From Candidatus Saccharimonadota bacterium (lineage in GTDB: Bacteria > Bacillota_I > Bacilli_A > Mycoplasmatales > Hepatoplasmataceae), in the NCBI GenBank assembly GCA_027925325.1, contig AP027133.1, forward strand, positions 390,001 through 422,000: 32,000 nt of DNA, written 5' to 3'. The notes under the pieces are model-generated. The model had not been told where the DNA came from and made no database searches. It saw only the letters and a list, made by a program, of their open reading frames with translations. Position numbers and translations under genes: made by a program. This document shows positions 1 through 9,937 of the stretch, piece after piece. Positions within the stretch are counted from its first letter, which is position 1; every line of letters begins with the position of its first letter.

Positions 1-28
1 TAAGATCATATAATGTTTTCTTTTTCAT
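1..28 (-). CDS. pgk: 5' end (first 9 codons) of a gene leaving the window on the left; probably phosphoglycerate kinase
   Basis: The reverse strand reads AAGGA-AAATA-ATG AAA AAG AAA ACA TTA TAT GAT CTT = MKKKTLYDL, with a Shine-Dalgarno at 34-38. Its position directly downstream of gap fits the common gap-pgk order, and the N-terminus looks PGK-like. Only 9 codons are visible, so the identity is inference. Confidence 0.35.
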
Positions 29-158
29 TATTTTCCTTATCTAATTTATATAAATATAATTAAATACATTATTATTTATGTAATATTTTAGTTATTATAT
101 CAAATAAAAAACAGCCTTTATAATAAATAACATTCTTTAAATTTAATAAAATTTGCAT

Positions 159-189
159 AAAAAAATAACCCTTATTTTTAAGAGTTATT
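159..189 (-). terminator. Rho-independent terminator downstream of gap
   Basis: The reverse strand reads AATAACTCTT-AAAAAT-AAGGGTTATT, a 10-bp stem with one G.U, followed by a T-run. It starts 25 nt after the gap stop codon. Confidence 0.55.
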
Positions 190-213
190 TTCTAATTTAA
201 ATCGTATTATATA

Positions 214-1254
<1,041 letters not shown>

Positions 1255-1341
1255 CTATTATATAATTTTTATCTCTAAAATGATTAAAATTAGTTGTAGT
1301 TTGTTAAAATATTATATAAATATAAGAAAACGGAGAACGAT

Positions 1342-1524
1342 ATGGCACAAATGGCTATTGCTCAAGGAAGAAGCAGAGATGCTTTAGCAAGAGAGATATT
1401 AAATATCATAAATCAAGTAGGACAAGACAAAATTATAAGTGTAATGCTTGATGAAACAGGTAGATTAGCTAATCGCGGTGGATTACTATCTCTTTCTAAA
1501 GCTTATGTTTTTTATAAAAATTAA
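1342..1524 (+). CDS. Small hypothetical protein (60 aa), divergent from gap
   Basis: A GGAG sits 7 nt upstream of the ATG (aaaacGGAGaacgatATG), and a strong terminator follows at 1550-1586. Local composition is visibly less AT-biased than the flanks. No family was recognised with certainty; see the findings for a weak SorC/CggR-like resemblance. Confidence 0.5.
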   Translation: MAQMAIAQGRSRDALAREILNIINQVGQDKIISVMLDETGRLANRGGLLSLSKAYVFYKN

Positions 1525-1549
1525 TTTTATATTAATATCAAATTAAGAA

Positions 1550-1586
1550 GCAAAAGGCAAATAAATTTTTGTCTTTTGCTTTTTTT
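1550..1586 (+). terminator. Rho-independent terminator
   Basis: GCAAAAGGCA (1550-1559) pairs with TGTCTTTTGC (1570-1579), giving a 10-bp stem with one G.U and a 10-nt loop. T7 follows at 1580-1586. Confidence 0.75.
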
Positions 1587-1606
1587 ATAATACTATTTAA
1601 TTAAAA

Positions 1607-2812
1607 ATGAATTCTTTAGTAGATGTATTATTTGATACAAGTGGGGAAATACTTTATTTTATTTTTGGCTGATTATTTCTTGCAATTGTTATTTTTCAAT
1701 TTCTAAATTATTTCTTTGAAGATAAATGAGAAGTAATGATAGCTGAAAAGCAAAAAAGCGATATCTTAATCGGCGGATTATTTGGATTTATTCCTGGATG
1801 TGGCGGTACTATTTTTTTAATCAATCTTTTTAAAGAAGAAAAAATTGGTTTAGGGACTCTAGTTGCTTCTTTTATTACAACTGTTGGAGAGGTATCACTT
1901 ATCTTAATTGTGATTGATCCATTACTTTTAATTTATATCTCAGTCATAAGTTATATTGCTGCAATTATTGTTGGTTACATTGTTAAATATTCAAAAATTC
2001 AACAAAAATACAATATTTATGCAACTACTGAAACAAAAAAGAAAAAATTACATACACATGAAAAAGAATCAAAAAAAGCATTGCAGATATTTTCACTTAT
2101 TGATCATTGAATAATTCCAATTTTATTTACAATAATATTTTTAATTGTTTTTCCTTTTACAATAATTGCTTCTTTTATTCCGGATGGAAAGGAAAATTTT
2201 TCTAATTATCTATTAATTGTGGAGTGAATTTCAATTATCATTTTGCCAATTACAATTATTTATTATCTTATAAGAATTTATTTCATAAGAAATATTCATG
2301 ATGAAATCCATTCTGAAGAAAATATTCATAATAAAGGAAAAGAAGGAATAAAACATCAAATAGGTCATATTTCCTATAATTTAATTTTAATTTTAACTTG
2401 AGTTTCTATTACATTATTAATTGTTGATTTGGTAATTTATGCGATTATTTATTATTCAAATATTTATCAAAATATAAATGATTTACAAGATGATATCGAT
2501 GAAATTAAAAATGATTGATGATATTTAATTGTTCTTGTAATAATTGGAGCTTTAATCGGACTTATTCCAACTTGTGGTCCACAAATTGCCTTTACTCTAT
2601 TAATGATTGGAGAATTAGGAGACAATAATGCAATCGCTTTTGGTGGAATAAGTGCCCTTATTGCAAATTCTATCTCTCAAGATGGTCATGCAGGAATTGT
2701 CTATTTTACTTTTGATAAAAAAGGTTATGGAATTGTAAAATTAATTGAACTTGTTGCGGCAATTATATTTGGATTAATTTTTATTCCTTTGGATAAATAT
2801 ACAAGTTTATAA
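1607..2812 (+). CDS. Polytopic membrane permease (401 aa) with twin IPGCG / IPTCGP motifs; resembles the 'putative 10-TM heavy-metal/manganese transporter' (ArsP_2-like) family
   Basis: Frame +2 is open from ATG 1607 to TAA 2810-2812 when 7 in-frame TGA are read as Trp. This unites track ORFs 1736..2110 and 2603..2812. The protein is highly hydrophobic throughout. It has a two-fold repeat architecture, with GFIPGCGGTIF in the first half and GLIPTCGPQIAF in the second. The family name is from memory of these motifs. Confidence 0.7.
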
Positions 2813-2853
2813 TAAAAATATATTAAAATTTTTAAAAAAGGGAAGATATAAAA

Positions 2854-5520
2854 ATGAATAAAGCGAGAAATTATAATATAGAAAATGAATTTTGAGAAAT
2901 TAAAACTAATATAAATTTGGATTTAGAAGAAATAGAAAAATTTAAAAATAATCATATTTACAAAAATATTAATTATAATCAAAATCAATTTGTATATTTA
3001 AAGATGAATGAATATCAAATCAATCAATATGAAATAAGTATTTTAGATGAAAATAAAAATGTAATATTTAATTCTCCAATTAAATATTGAATCACCAAAA
3101 AAAAAATAAATAAAATGATTAGAATTTTGATAATAATTGGTATTTTAGAATTTAAAATAATTCCAAATAAAAAAATAAAAAAAGATGATCTAACAAAATG
3201 CATTTATATCCTTAATACTTCAAATAATTTAGATTTTTTATTTAAAAACTCATATTTAAATTTTAAAAAAAGATGTGAAGAAGATGATTTTTTTGAATTT
3301 TTTTCAGGAGAAAAAAAAGGATATAACAGTTTTATTAAAAATAATTTTTATGAAAATTTAAATAATAGGAACGAAAATTGAGAAATAAAAAATATCTCAT
3401 TTAATGAAAGTGCAAAAATAATAGATGAGCCAAATATTAATTTAAAAAGAAAATATCAAAATTTAGATAATAGAATATTAATTAAAGATTACTTAAATAA
3501 ATCATCAGAAAAATTTAATAAAAGTATAGGTCAAGAAAAATTTATTTTAAAAAAAAGAAAATATATTGAAAATATTAAAAATAATCATGTCTATTCAGAA
3601 TTAATAAATATTAATATCTTTTTAGAAAAAAAATATAAATTTTGAATTCCTTTAATACAAAGAAGTTATGTTTGAGGAGAAAATAAAATAAGTAATCTAG
3701 ATAAAATGATGGAAGAATTATTTCAAAATAACTCTCATTCAAATTCAAAAATTTTTTATTTAAATAATATTGTTTTAAAAAAAACCAAAATTGAAAATGA
3801 ATACGAATTTTATCATATATTGGACGGACAACAAAGAATAACTTCTTTGAGTTTAATATTATGTTCATTGTGAAATTTTATTTTTGAAATATTAGATAAA
3901 GATGAAAAATTTTTATCCAAAAATTATTATTTTAATTTATTAAATAAAATAAAAAAAATGAACTTTTTCTTTGATAAAAAAATAATTGATTTTAATAAAA
4001 TTTTAAATAAAAAAAATGATTATAAATATTCAAATTTATTCAATAAAATTTTAAAGAAAATAGAAGAACATTTAGATAAATATTCAAATATAGAAAAAAT
4101 AAAATTTCTTGAACAAATTTTAAAGAAAATATTGTTTAAAACCACTTTTTCTATAACAATAATAAGAGAAAAAGATAATAGCATTGATCAAAATAGACTT
4201 TTCGAATCCCTAAATACAATTTTTGTAAACTTAGATGAACTTGATTTATTTAAAATTGTATTAATGAAAAATATAAAAAATCTTATTAATGAAAATAAGA
4301 AAAATTTAGATGAAGAAACAAAAATAAATAATTTATGAAAAGAACATATTGAAGACAAATTTTATGAAAAAAATAAACGTGACGTAACATTTATTTCTAC
4401 TTTTTATGAATATGTTAAAAATAATTATTTTATTAATGAAAAAAATAATGTTGATTATCATGAATATAAAATGGAAATTTGAGAAAATTACGTTTCCAAA
4501 TATTTAAATTTTAATTTAGAAAATTGTAAATCTATCCAAAACTTTGAAGAAAAATTAAAAATTATATCTTATGAAATTAAATTTGTGAAATCATTTATTA
4601 AAACTCTTGATGAAAAAGATATTTCTAATTCTAATTTATTTTATATACAAGATTTTTTGTATTCTTTTAAGGGAAGAAAAGTATATATACCCTTAGTTAA
4701 AAAAATAATATCTATAATTTGAGAAAATGGTGAAAATCATTTTCAAAATTTTTCAATTGATAAAAAAAACAAAATACTAGAAAAAATTAACGAAACAAGA
4801 AAATGATTATTTGAAATTGAAAAATGTGAAGTTTATTTTCAATTAAATCTTTATAGAGGACAATCATTAACAAATATTATCAATTCAATTGCAAGCAAAA
4901 TAGATAATTTAGGAAAATTTGAAAAATTTAAAGAAATTATTAGAAGTAAAATAATGAATATATCCAATAATAATCAGAAATATAATATATTGTGAAGTGA
5001 ATTAGGAAAAGATTACAAGGATGGATTTAATATAAATTTAAAAACAAAAAAAATATTATTAAATAGAATAGTTAATAGCGAATTAATTGAAAAATATTAT
5101 GATGATTATAATTTCATAAATTGTCCTTCAATCGAGCATATAATGCCTCAAGATTTTCAAATATCTAAAAATAATTATATTATTGAAAATAAATGAAATT
5201 TTGAAAAAGATAAAAATGATTCTTTCATAAATATTGAAAATTATTCAAATGTTAAAGAATCAATAAAAAAAGAAATTCATGAATTGTATCTAAATAATAT
5301 AGGTAATTTAATAATTTTAGATAAAGATATAAATTCGAAAATTAAAAATCATTCATCTTTTTTTAAGAAAAAAAATGTCTATATTGAATATTTTAATAGA
5401 GATTTTAAATTAGATTTTAAAGAGCTTATTTCAAATAGTAAAAAATGATCTAATGATGAAATTATCGAGAGATCAAATCGAATAATGGAAAAAATTATTG
5501 AAATATATAAAGATAATTAA
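2854..5520 (+). CDS. DUF262 (ParB-like NTPase) + DUF1524 (His-Me/HNH-like nuclease) protein, GmrSD-type Type IV restriction-enzyme architecture, with a ~260-aa N-terminal extension (888 aa)
   Basis: Frame +1 was checked triplet by triplet. It is open for 2667 nt from ATG 2854 (preceded by aaaaGGGAAGatataaaa) to TAA 5518-5520, with 13 in-frame TGA and no TAA or TAG. It absorbs track ORFs 3115..3381 and 3958..4338. DUF262 motifs: W-IPLIQRSYVW (3643-3672), DGQQRITS (3823-3846) and LFESLNT..LDELDLFK (4198-4254). DUF1524 motifs: SIEHIMPQ (5128-5151) and NNIGNLIILDKDINSKIKNH (5293-5352). Confidence 0.85.
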
Positions 5521-6795
5521 ATGGAAAAAATAAATTTATATGAATCTTTTGCTGGTATCGGAAGTCAATATTTAGCTTTAAAAAGATTATCAAAAAAAAA
5601 TAAAAATTTTGATGTTAATGTTGTTGGAATTTGTGAATGAGATATTTATGCTTTATATTCATATATAAATATTCATTTTCCTGAAATTGAAATTAACGAA
5701 AAAACAAAAAATTATGAATCTTTAAAAAAATTTATTTATAATAATGATTTTTCAAGTGATTCAAAATCTGTTGCAAAAAAAGAGCATCTTTTAAAAGATG
5801 AAAAAAATTTAAAAGTAATTTCAAAAATAAAAAATTTTAGTGAAAAAGTTAAATTAAATCCAAATATTGAAAAATTAAGTGGAAAAGATTTAATAGATTT
5901 AAAGGTAAATTTTTTAACTTATTCTTTTCCATGCCAAGATCTATCAAATGCAGGGAAAAGAAAAGGATTTGAAAGAGGAAGTAATACAAGGAGTAGTTTA
6001 CTTTGAGAAATTGAAAGAATAATCGAGGAAATATTTAAAATTAATAAAAATAAATTACCAAAATATTTATTATTAGAAAATGTCGCCTCTTTATTAAATA
6101 AAAAAAATAAATCACTTTTCCTAGAGTGGATTGATTTTTTATCAAATAAGGGATATAAAACTTTTTATGATAAATTAAATGCAAAAGATTTTTCAATTCC
6201 ACAAAATAGAATTAGAACTTTTGCATTTAGTATTTTAAATTATGAAGGAGAATATAAAGAAAAAGAATCTCTAGATGAAATAATTAAGGATTTTAATTCA
6301 AAAAATAAAATAAAAAATAAAATAAAGCCTATGGAAAAATTTTTAAAAATTGATTATAAAAATGATAATTATTCACTAGAAGCAAGAGATTCATCACCAA
6401 ATCACACCAAGAGCAGAGAAAGAATGTGAAATGAATCAGAAATAAAATTATTAGAATATGATGAAAATGATATACCTATTCCAAATGAAAAACAAATATT
6501 TTCCGGAACATTAACAACAAAACAAGATAGGTGGCATAATGGTGGAATGATTCAATTACCAAAATCATTTAGAAAAAAATATTATGATAAATCTAAAAAT
6601 CCATTAAAAGAATATAGATATAGATTTTTAACACCTACAGAAAGTCTACTATTAATGGGATTTAAAGAAAATGAAATAGAAAATGTTATTAAAAGTATTA
6701 ATAATGAATTGAAAAGAAGACATGTTATTCATCAAGCAGGAAATACAATTGTAGTAGATATTTTAGAAAAAATATTTGAAATTTTTATTTTATAG
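5521..6795 (+). CDS. DNA (cytosine-5)-methyltransferase (424 aa)
   Basis: ATG 5521 immediately follows the TAA of the upstream gene. The frame contains 3 in-frame TGA and absorbs track ORF 6547..6795. Canonical m5C-MTase motifs are present: I FAGIGS (5548-5565), IV FPCQDLSNAGKRKG (5926-5967), VI ENV (6076-6084), VIII QNRIR (6202-6216), then RFLTPTESLLLMGF (6622-6663) and QAGNTIVV (6733-6756). A variable region between VIII and IX contains TLTTKQDRWHNGG. Confidence 0.9.
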
Positions 6796-6801
6796 ATATA
6801 T

Positions 6802-6853
6802 AAAGAGATATTAAAATAAATATACAAACTTATAATTATCTTAATATCTCTTT
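6802..6853. terminator. Inverted repeat between convergent genes (possible bidirectional terminator)
   Basis: AAAGAGATATTAA (6802-6814) is the perfect reverse complement of TTAATATCTCTTT (6841-6853). The 26-nt loop is long for a terminator, and the right arm overlaps the last codons of the minus-strand hydrolase gene. Confidence 0.4.
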
Positions 6854-7492
6854 TAATTCAGAATTAAGATTTAAATCAATATCTTTTATCCTAAATCCAC
6901 TTTGATAATGTCCGGGATAAATGAGATAATCGTTTTCTTTTGCCAAATGATAAATAAATTTTATTGATCTCATAAATTTCTTAAGATCTACTTTTAATTC
7001 TTTTTGATGCATTCCAATTCCTTTTAAAAATAATGTATCGCCGATAAAAATATCTTGATTATCAAAAAGATAAAAAGTAGATCCTGCTGTATGTCCGGAA
7101 ACAGGAATTATTTTAATATTGATTCCTAATAAATTAATTTTTTGTTTAGAATTTGCAGCAAAAGAAATTATATTATCTTTATTTTTTAATTTTCAATCCA
7201 AATTAGCAAAAAATGATCTATTAATTTTAGGGTCAAAGAGTCCTAAAAAATCGTTTTGATTGATATAGATTATTGGATTAAATTTTGCAATAATTTTATC
7301 TAAATCGATAACATGATCTAAATGATTGTGTGTTAATAAGACATATTTAATTTTAATATCATGATCGATACAATAATTAATTATTTTCTCTCCTGATGCA
7401 GCGGTATCAATAAGTATCGCTTCTTTATTTCGTTTGATATGAATGTAAGCGTTACTAAAATTAAATTTATTATTTTGAAAATTTTTAATCAT
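6836..7492 (-). CDS. MBL-fold metallo-hydrolase (218 aa)
   Basis: Track ORF 7193..7492 continues through TGA 7193-7195 to TAA 6836-6838. The HxHxDH motif is present (LLTHNHLDHV), followed by a downstream ..VSGHTAGS.. and ..GD.. pattern typical of metallo-beta-lactamase-fold and glyoxalase-II-like enzymes. A GGAGAG Shine-Dalgarno lies just upstream of ATG 7492. Confidence 0.85.
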
Positions 7493-7500
7493 AGTCTCTC

Positions 7501-7569
7501 CTATTTTTAATTTTACATCATAAGATTTTAATTTAGTTTAATTGCCTTATCTTTTTGCATAAGATTCAT
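7501..7569 (-). pseudogene. Relic of the first ~22 codons of rpsJ (frameshifted, Shine-Dalgarno degraded)
   Basis: The reverse strand from 7569 reads ATG AAT CTT ATG CAA AAA GAT AAG GCA ATT AAA CTA AAT TAA. The genuine rpsJ reads ATG AAC CTT ATG CAA AAA GAT AAG GCA ATC AAA ATT AAA TTA AAA TCT TAT GAT. A 1-nt deletion creates a stop after 13 codons. The AAGGAG of the real gene is AAAGAA here. Confidence 0.8.
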
Positions 7570-7716
7570 ATTCTTTTGTTTTTAAAATTCTTGATTGATT
7601 TAAATAATTTTTCTTATATAAATTGTAATTGATATATTTTAAATAAATTACCTCCAATTTATGTGTTTATTTTCGCTAAAAAAATATCATTAATATTAAA
7701 ATTTTTAAGAAAAAAG
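7501..7716. repeat. Copy A of a ~215-bp direct repeat; degenerate duplicate of the rpsJ 5' end plus its upstream leader/promoter region
   Basis: By-eye alignment with 19821-20046 shows long identical runs, for example catcataagattttaattta, attgccttatctttttgcataag, ttgtttttaaaattct, aataatttttcttatataaatt, ttttaaataaattacc, tttatgtgtttattttcg and tttttaagaaaaaa. I estimate roughly 85-90% identity with a few 1-4 nt indels. Confidence 0.9.
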
Positions 7717-7730
7717 TAAAATTTTTGTAT

Positions 7731-8696
7731 ATGAAAAAAACAATTTTAATAACCGGTGGATTAGGATATATAGGAAAAAATATAGCAAATTTACTTTTAA
7801 AAAATAATTTTAAAATTATTGTAATAGATAATCTTATAAATAGTTATGAATATAAATTTAAGAATGATAATTATAAATTTATAAAATGTGATATTTTAAA
7901 TCAAATTAAATTAGAAAAAATTTTTAAAAAAGAAAAAATAGATCTAATTATACATGAAGCAGGATTAACAAAAGTAAAAGAATCAGAAGAAAAAATAATA
8001 GAATATTTTGACGTAAATATAGTAGGGACAATTAATATTTTAAAAATGATGGAAAAATTTAAAATAAAATATTTAATTTTTGCTTCGAGTGCAGCAGTTT
8101 ATGGAAATCCAGAAAAAATCCCAATAAATGAAAATGATTTAAAAAGACCAATTAATAATTACGGATTCACAAAATTTATTTGCGAAAAATTGATAAATAA
8201 ATGTGAAAAATTAGGAATAAAAAGTATTATTTTTCGTTATTTTAATGTTGCTGGTAAAAACATTGAAAGCAATCTTTACTATAACCCAAAAGGAAATATA
8301 ACTCATCTTATTCCATCAATAAGAAATGTAATTAAAAAAAATAAAGAGAAAATAATTATTTATGGAAATAATTTCAACACAAAAGATGGAACATGTATTA
8401 GAGATTATATTCATATTGATGATTTAGCACAAGCACACTTATTAGCAATTAATTACTTATTTAAATATCAAAAATCAGAGATTTTTAATCTTGGTTCAAA
8501 AAATAAATACAGCAATTTAGAAATTATAAAATTATCTGAAAATATTATAAAAAATAAAATAAATTTTGAAATTTCTAAAAATAAGCGCAAAGGTGATCCA
8601 GATATCCTTTATGCAAATACTAAAAATATTGAAAAAAAATTGAAATTCCATCCAACCAAAAACATAATAGATATACTTAGTGATGAATTTATTTAA
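7731..8696 (+). CDS. galE: UDP-glucose 4-epimerase / NAD-dependent sugar epimerase (321 aa)
   Basis: It has an N-terminal Rossmann motif ILITGGLGYIGKN, the catalytic YxxxK (NNYGFTKFICEKL), and SSAAVYG, RYFNVAG and DGTCIRDYIHIDDLA blocks typical of GalE. No TGA interrupts the frame. I prefer ATG 7731 (MKKTIL..) over the track's TTG at 7725. Confidence 0.85.
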   Translation: MKKTILITGGLGYIGKNIANLLLKNNFKIIVIDNLINSYEYKFKNDNYKFIKCDILNQIKLEKIFKKEKIDLIIHEAGLTKVKESEEKIIEYFDVNIVGTINILKMMEKFKIKYLIFASSAAVYGNPEKIPINENDLKRPINNYGFTKFICEKLINKCEKLGIKSIIFRYFNVAGKNIESNLYYNPKGNITHLIPSIRNVIKKNKEKIIIYGNNFNTKDGTCIRDYIHIDDLAQAHLLAINYLFKYQKSEIFNLGSKNKYSNLEIIKLSENIIKNKINFEISKNKRKGDPDILYANTKNIEKKLKFHPTKNIIDILSDEFI

Positions 8697-8769
8697 ATAT
8701 TAATTAATGAAGAAAGGAAATTATTAAAAAATTAATAAATATTAAATAAAATATTTCTAATAATTAATC

Positions 8770-9339
8770 TTATTTACAAATTTTATAAATGTATTTATAA
8801 ATTTTTTCGTATTTATTATTGTCTATATTTATAAGCGCTAATGTTTCTGTAAATAAAGCAATGTTAAATAAGACAAGAATAAAAATTAATTCGTTTTTAT
8901 TATTAATTTTTTGCTCAATAATTTTATTTTTCATCGCAAAGTTATTAAACGTTACATTTTTGCGAATGTAAAAATCATCTTTAATTCGTTCATAATTTTT
9001 AAATTGTTCAAAAATCAAGCGATGATCAAAATTTAATTTTTTGATTTTTTTAAGTGAATCTCGATATCGTCTTCTTGTAATTGGAGAACCAAAATAAGTT
9101 AAAAGTTTGATATCCGCTTTTGAATTTTTCATCTTATTTTTTTCTTTTATTCCTTCTAAAAAAAGATAAAAATTTTTGATAATATCTTCATCTATATCTT
9201 TACGCAAATTGATATTAGAATCTTTTCGATATTTAAAGTCTCATATCGCATAAAAAATACCAATAAAAGCCATTATTGATGTAACAATACTAAGTGTCGC
9301 AAGAAAAGTGCCGGTGAATCAAGCTGCAAAGCTATCCAT
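8770..9339 (-). CDS. Hypothetical membrane-anchored protein, paralogue 1 (189 aa)
   Basis: Track ORF 8770..9207 extends upstream through two TGA codons to ATG 9339, with GAGG 8 nt upstream. The N-terminus MDSFAAWFTGTFLATLSIVTSIMAFIGIFYAIW is a TM helix. By eye the protein is about 60% identical to the adjacent gene, with the same length and the same ..IYKxIYKIC terminus. Confidence 0.7.
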
Positions 9340-9353
9340 TAAATTACCCTCAT

Positions 9354-9923
9354 TTACATACAAATTTTGTAAATATGTTTATAAATTTTATCGTATTTTT
9401 CTTCGGTTATTTTTATAAATGAAAAACTTTCAGTAAATAAGGCGATATTTAATAATGTAAGAATAAAAATATTTTCCTTACGATCATTAATTTTTTCCTC
9501 AATAATTTTATTTTTTATGGCAAAATTATTAAACGTTACATTTTTACGAATATAAAAATCATCTTCGATCTGTTTATAATTACGAAACTGATCAAAGATA
9601 ATCTTTTGATCAAAATTTAATTTTTTAAATTTCTTAATTCGATCACGATATCTCTTTTTTGTAATCGGTGTCTTAAAATGAGTCAATAATTTAATATCAG
9701 AAGTAGATTCTTTCATTTTTTGTTGATTATTTAAATATTCAATAAAGAAATTAAAATTACTAATAATATCTTCGTGAATCTTTTTTCTTAAATTAATATT
9801 TGAATCTTTTTTATATTTAAATCCTCAAATTGCAAAAAAAACTCCCACAAAAATCATAATAGAAGAAGCGGCGCTAAAAAATAGCAAAAAAACGCCCCCA
9901 ATTCAAGCTAATGTACTTTCCAA
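9354..9923 (-). CDS. Hypothetical membrane-anchored protein, paralogue 2 (189 aa)
   Basis: Track ORF 9354..9716 extends upstream through two TGA codons to TTG 9923, preceded by aaAGAGGtaattt. The N-terminal TM helix is ESTLAWIGGVFLLFFSAASSIMIFVGVFFAIW. Blocks shared with paralogue 1 include DIKLLT.F..PIT..RYRD, KKLNFD, DDFYIRKNVTFNNFA.KNKIIE and NIALFTE. Confidence 0.7.
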
Positions 9924-9937
9924 AATTACCTCTTTAA

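Noticed and set aside
3097-3106. Homopolymer tracts as phase-variation switches: A10 in the nuclease gene (3097-3106) and A9 near the 5' end of the methyltransferase gene (5592-5600)
   Set aside because: Slipped-strand switching of R-M genes is known in mycoplasmas. However, A8-A10 runs encoding Lys-Lys-Lys are scattered all over this window (for example in GT, ugd and hypothetical genes). The tracts are therefore not distinguishable from background composition without population or long-read length-variation data.
3611-3868. 85-aa minus-strand ORF from the track
   Set aside because: It is antisense to the DUF262 core of the 888-aa gene, whose frame carries conserved motifs exactly here (IPLIQRSYVW, DGQQRITS). 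It is a shadow ORF.
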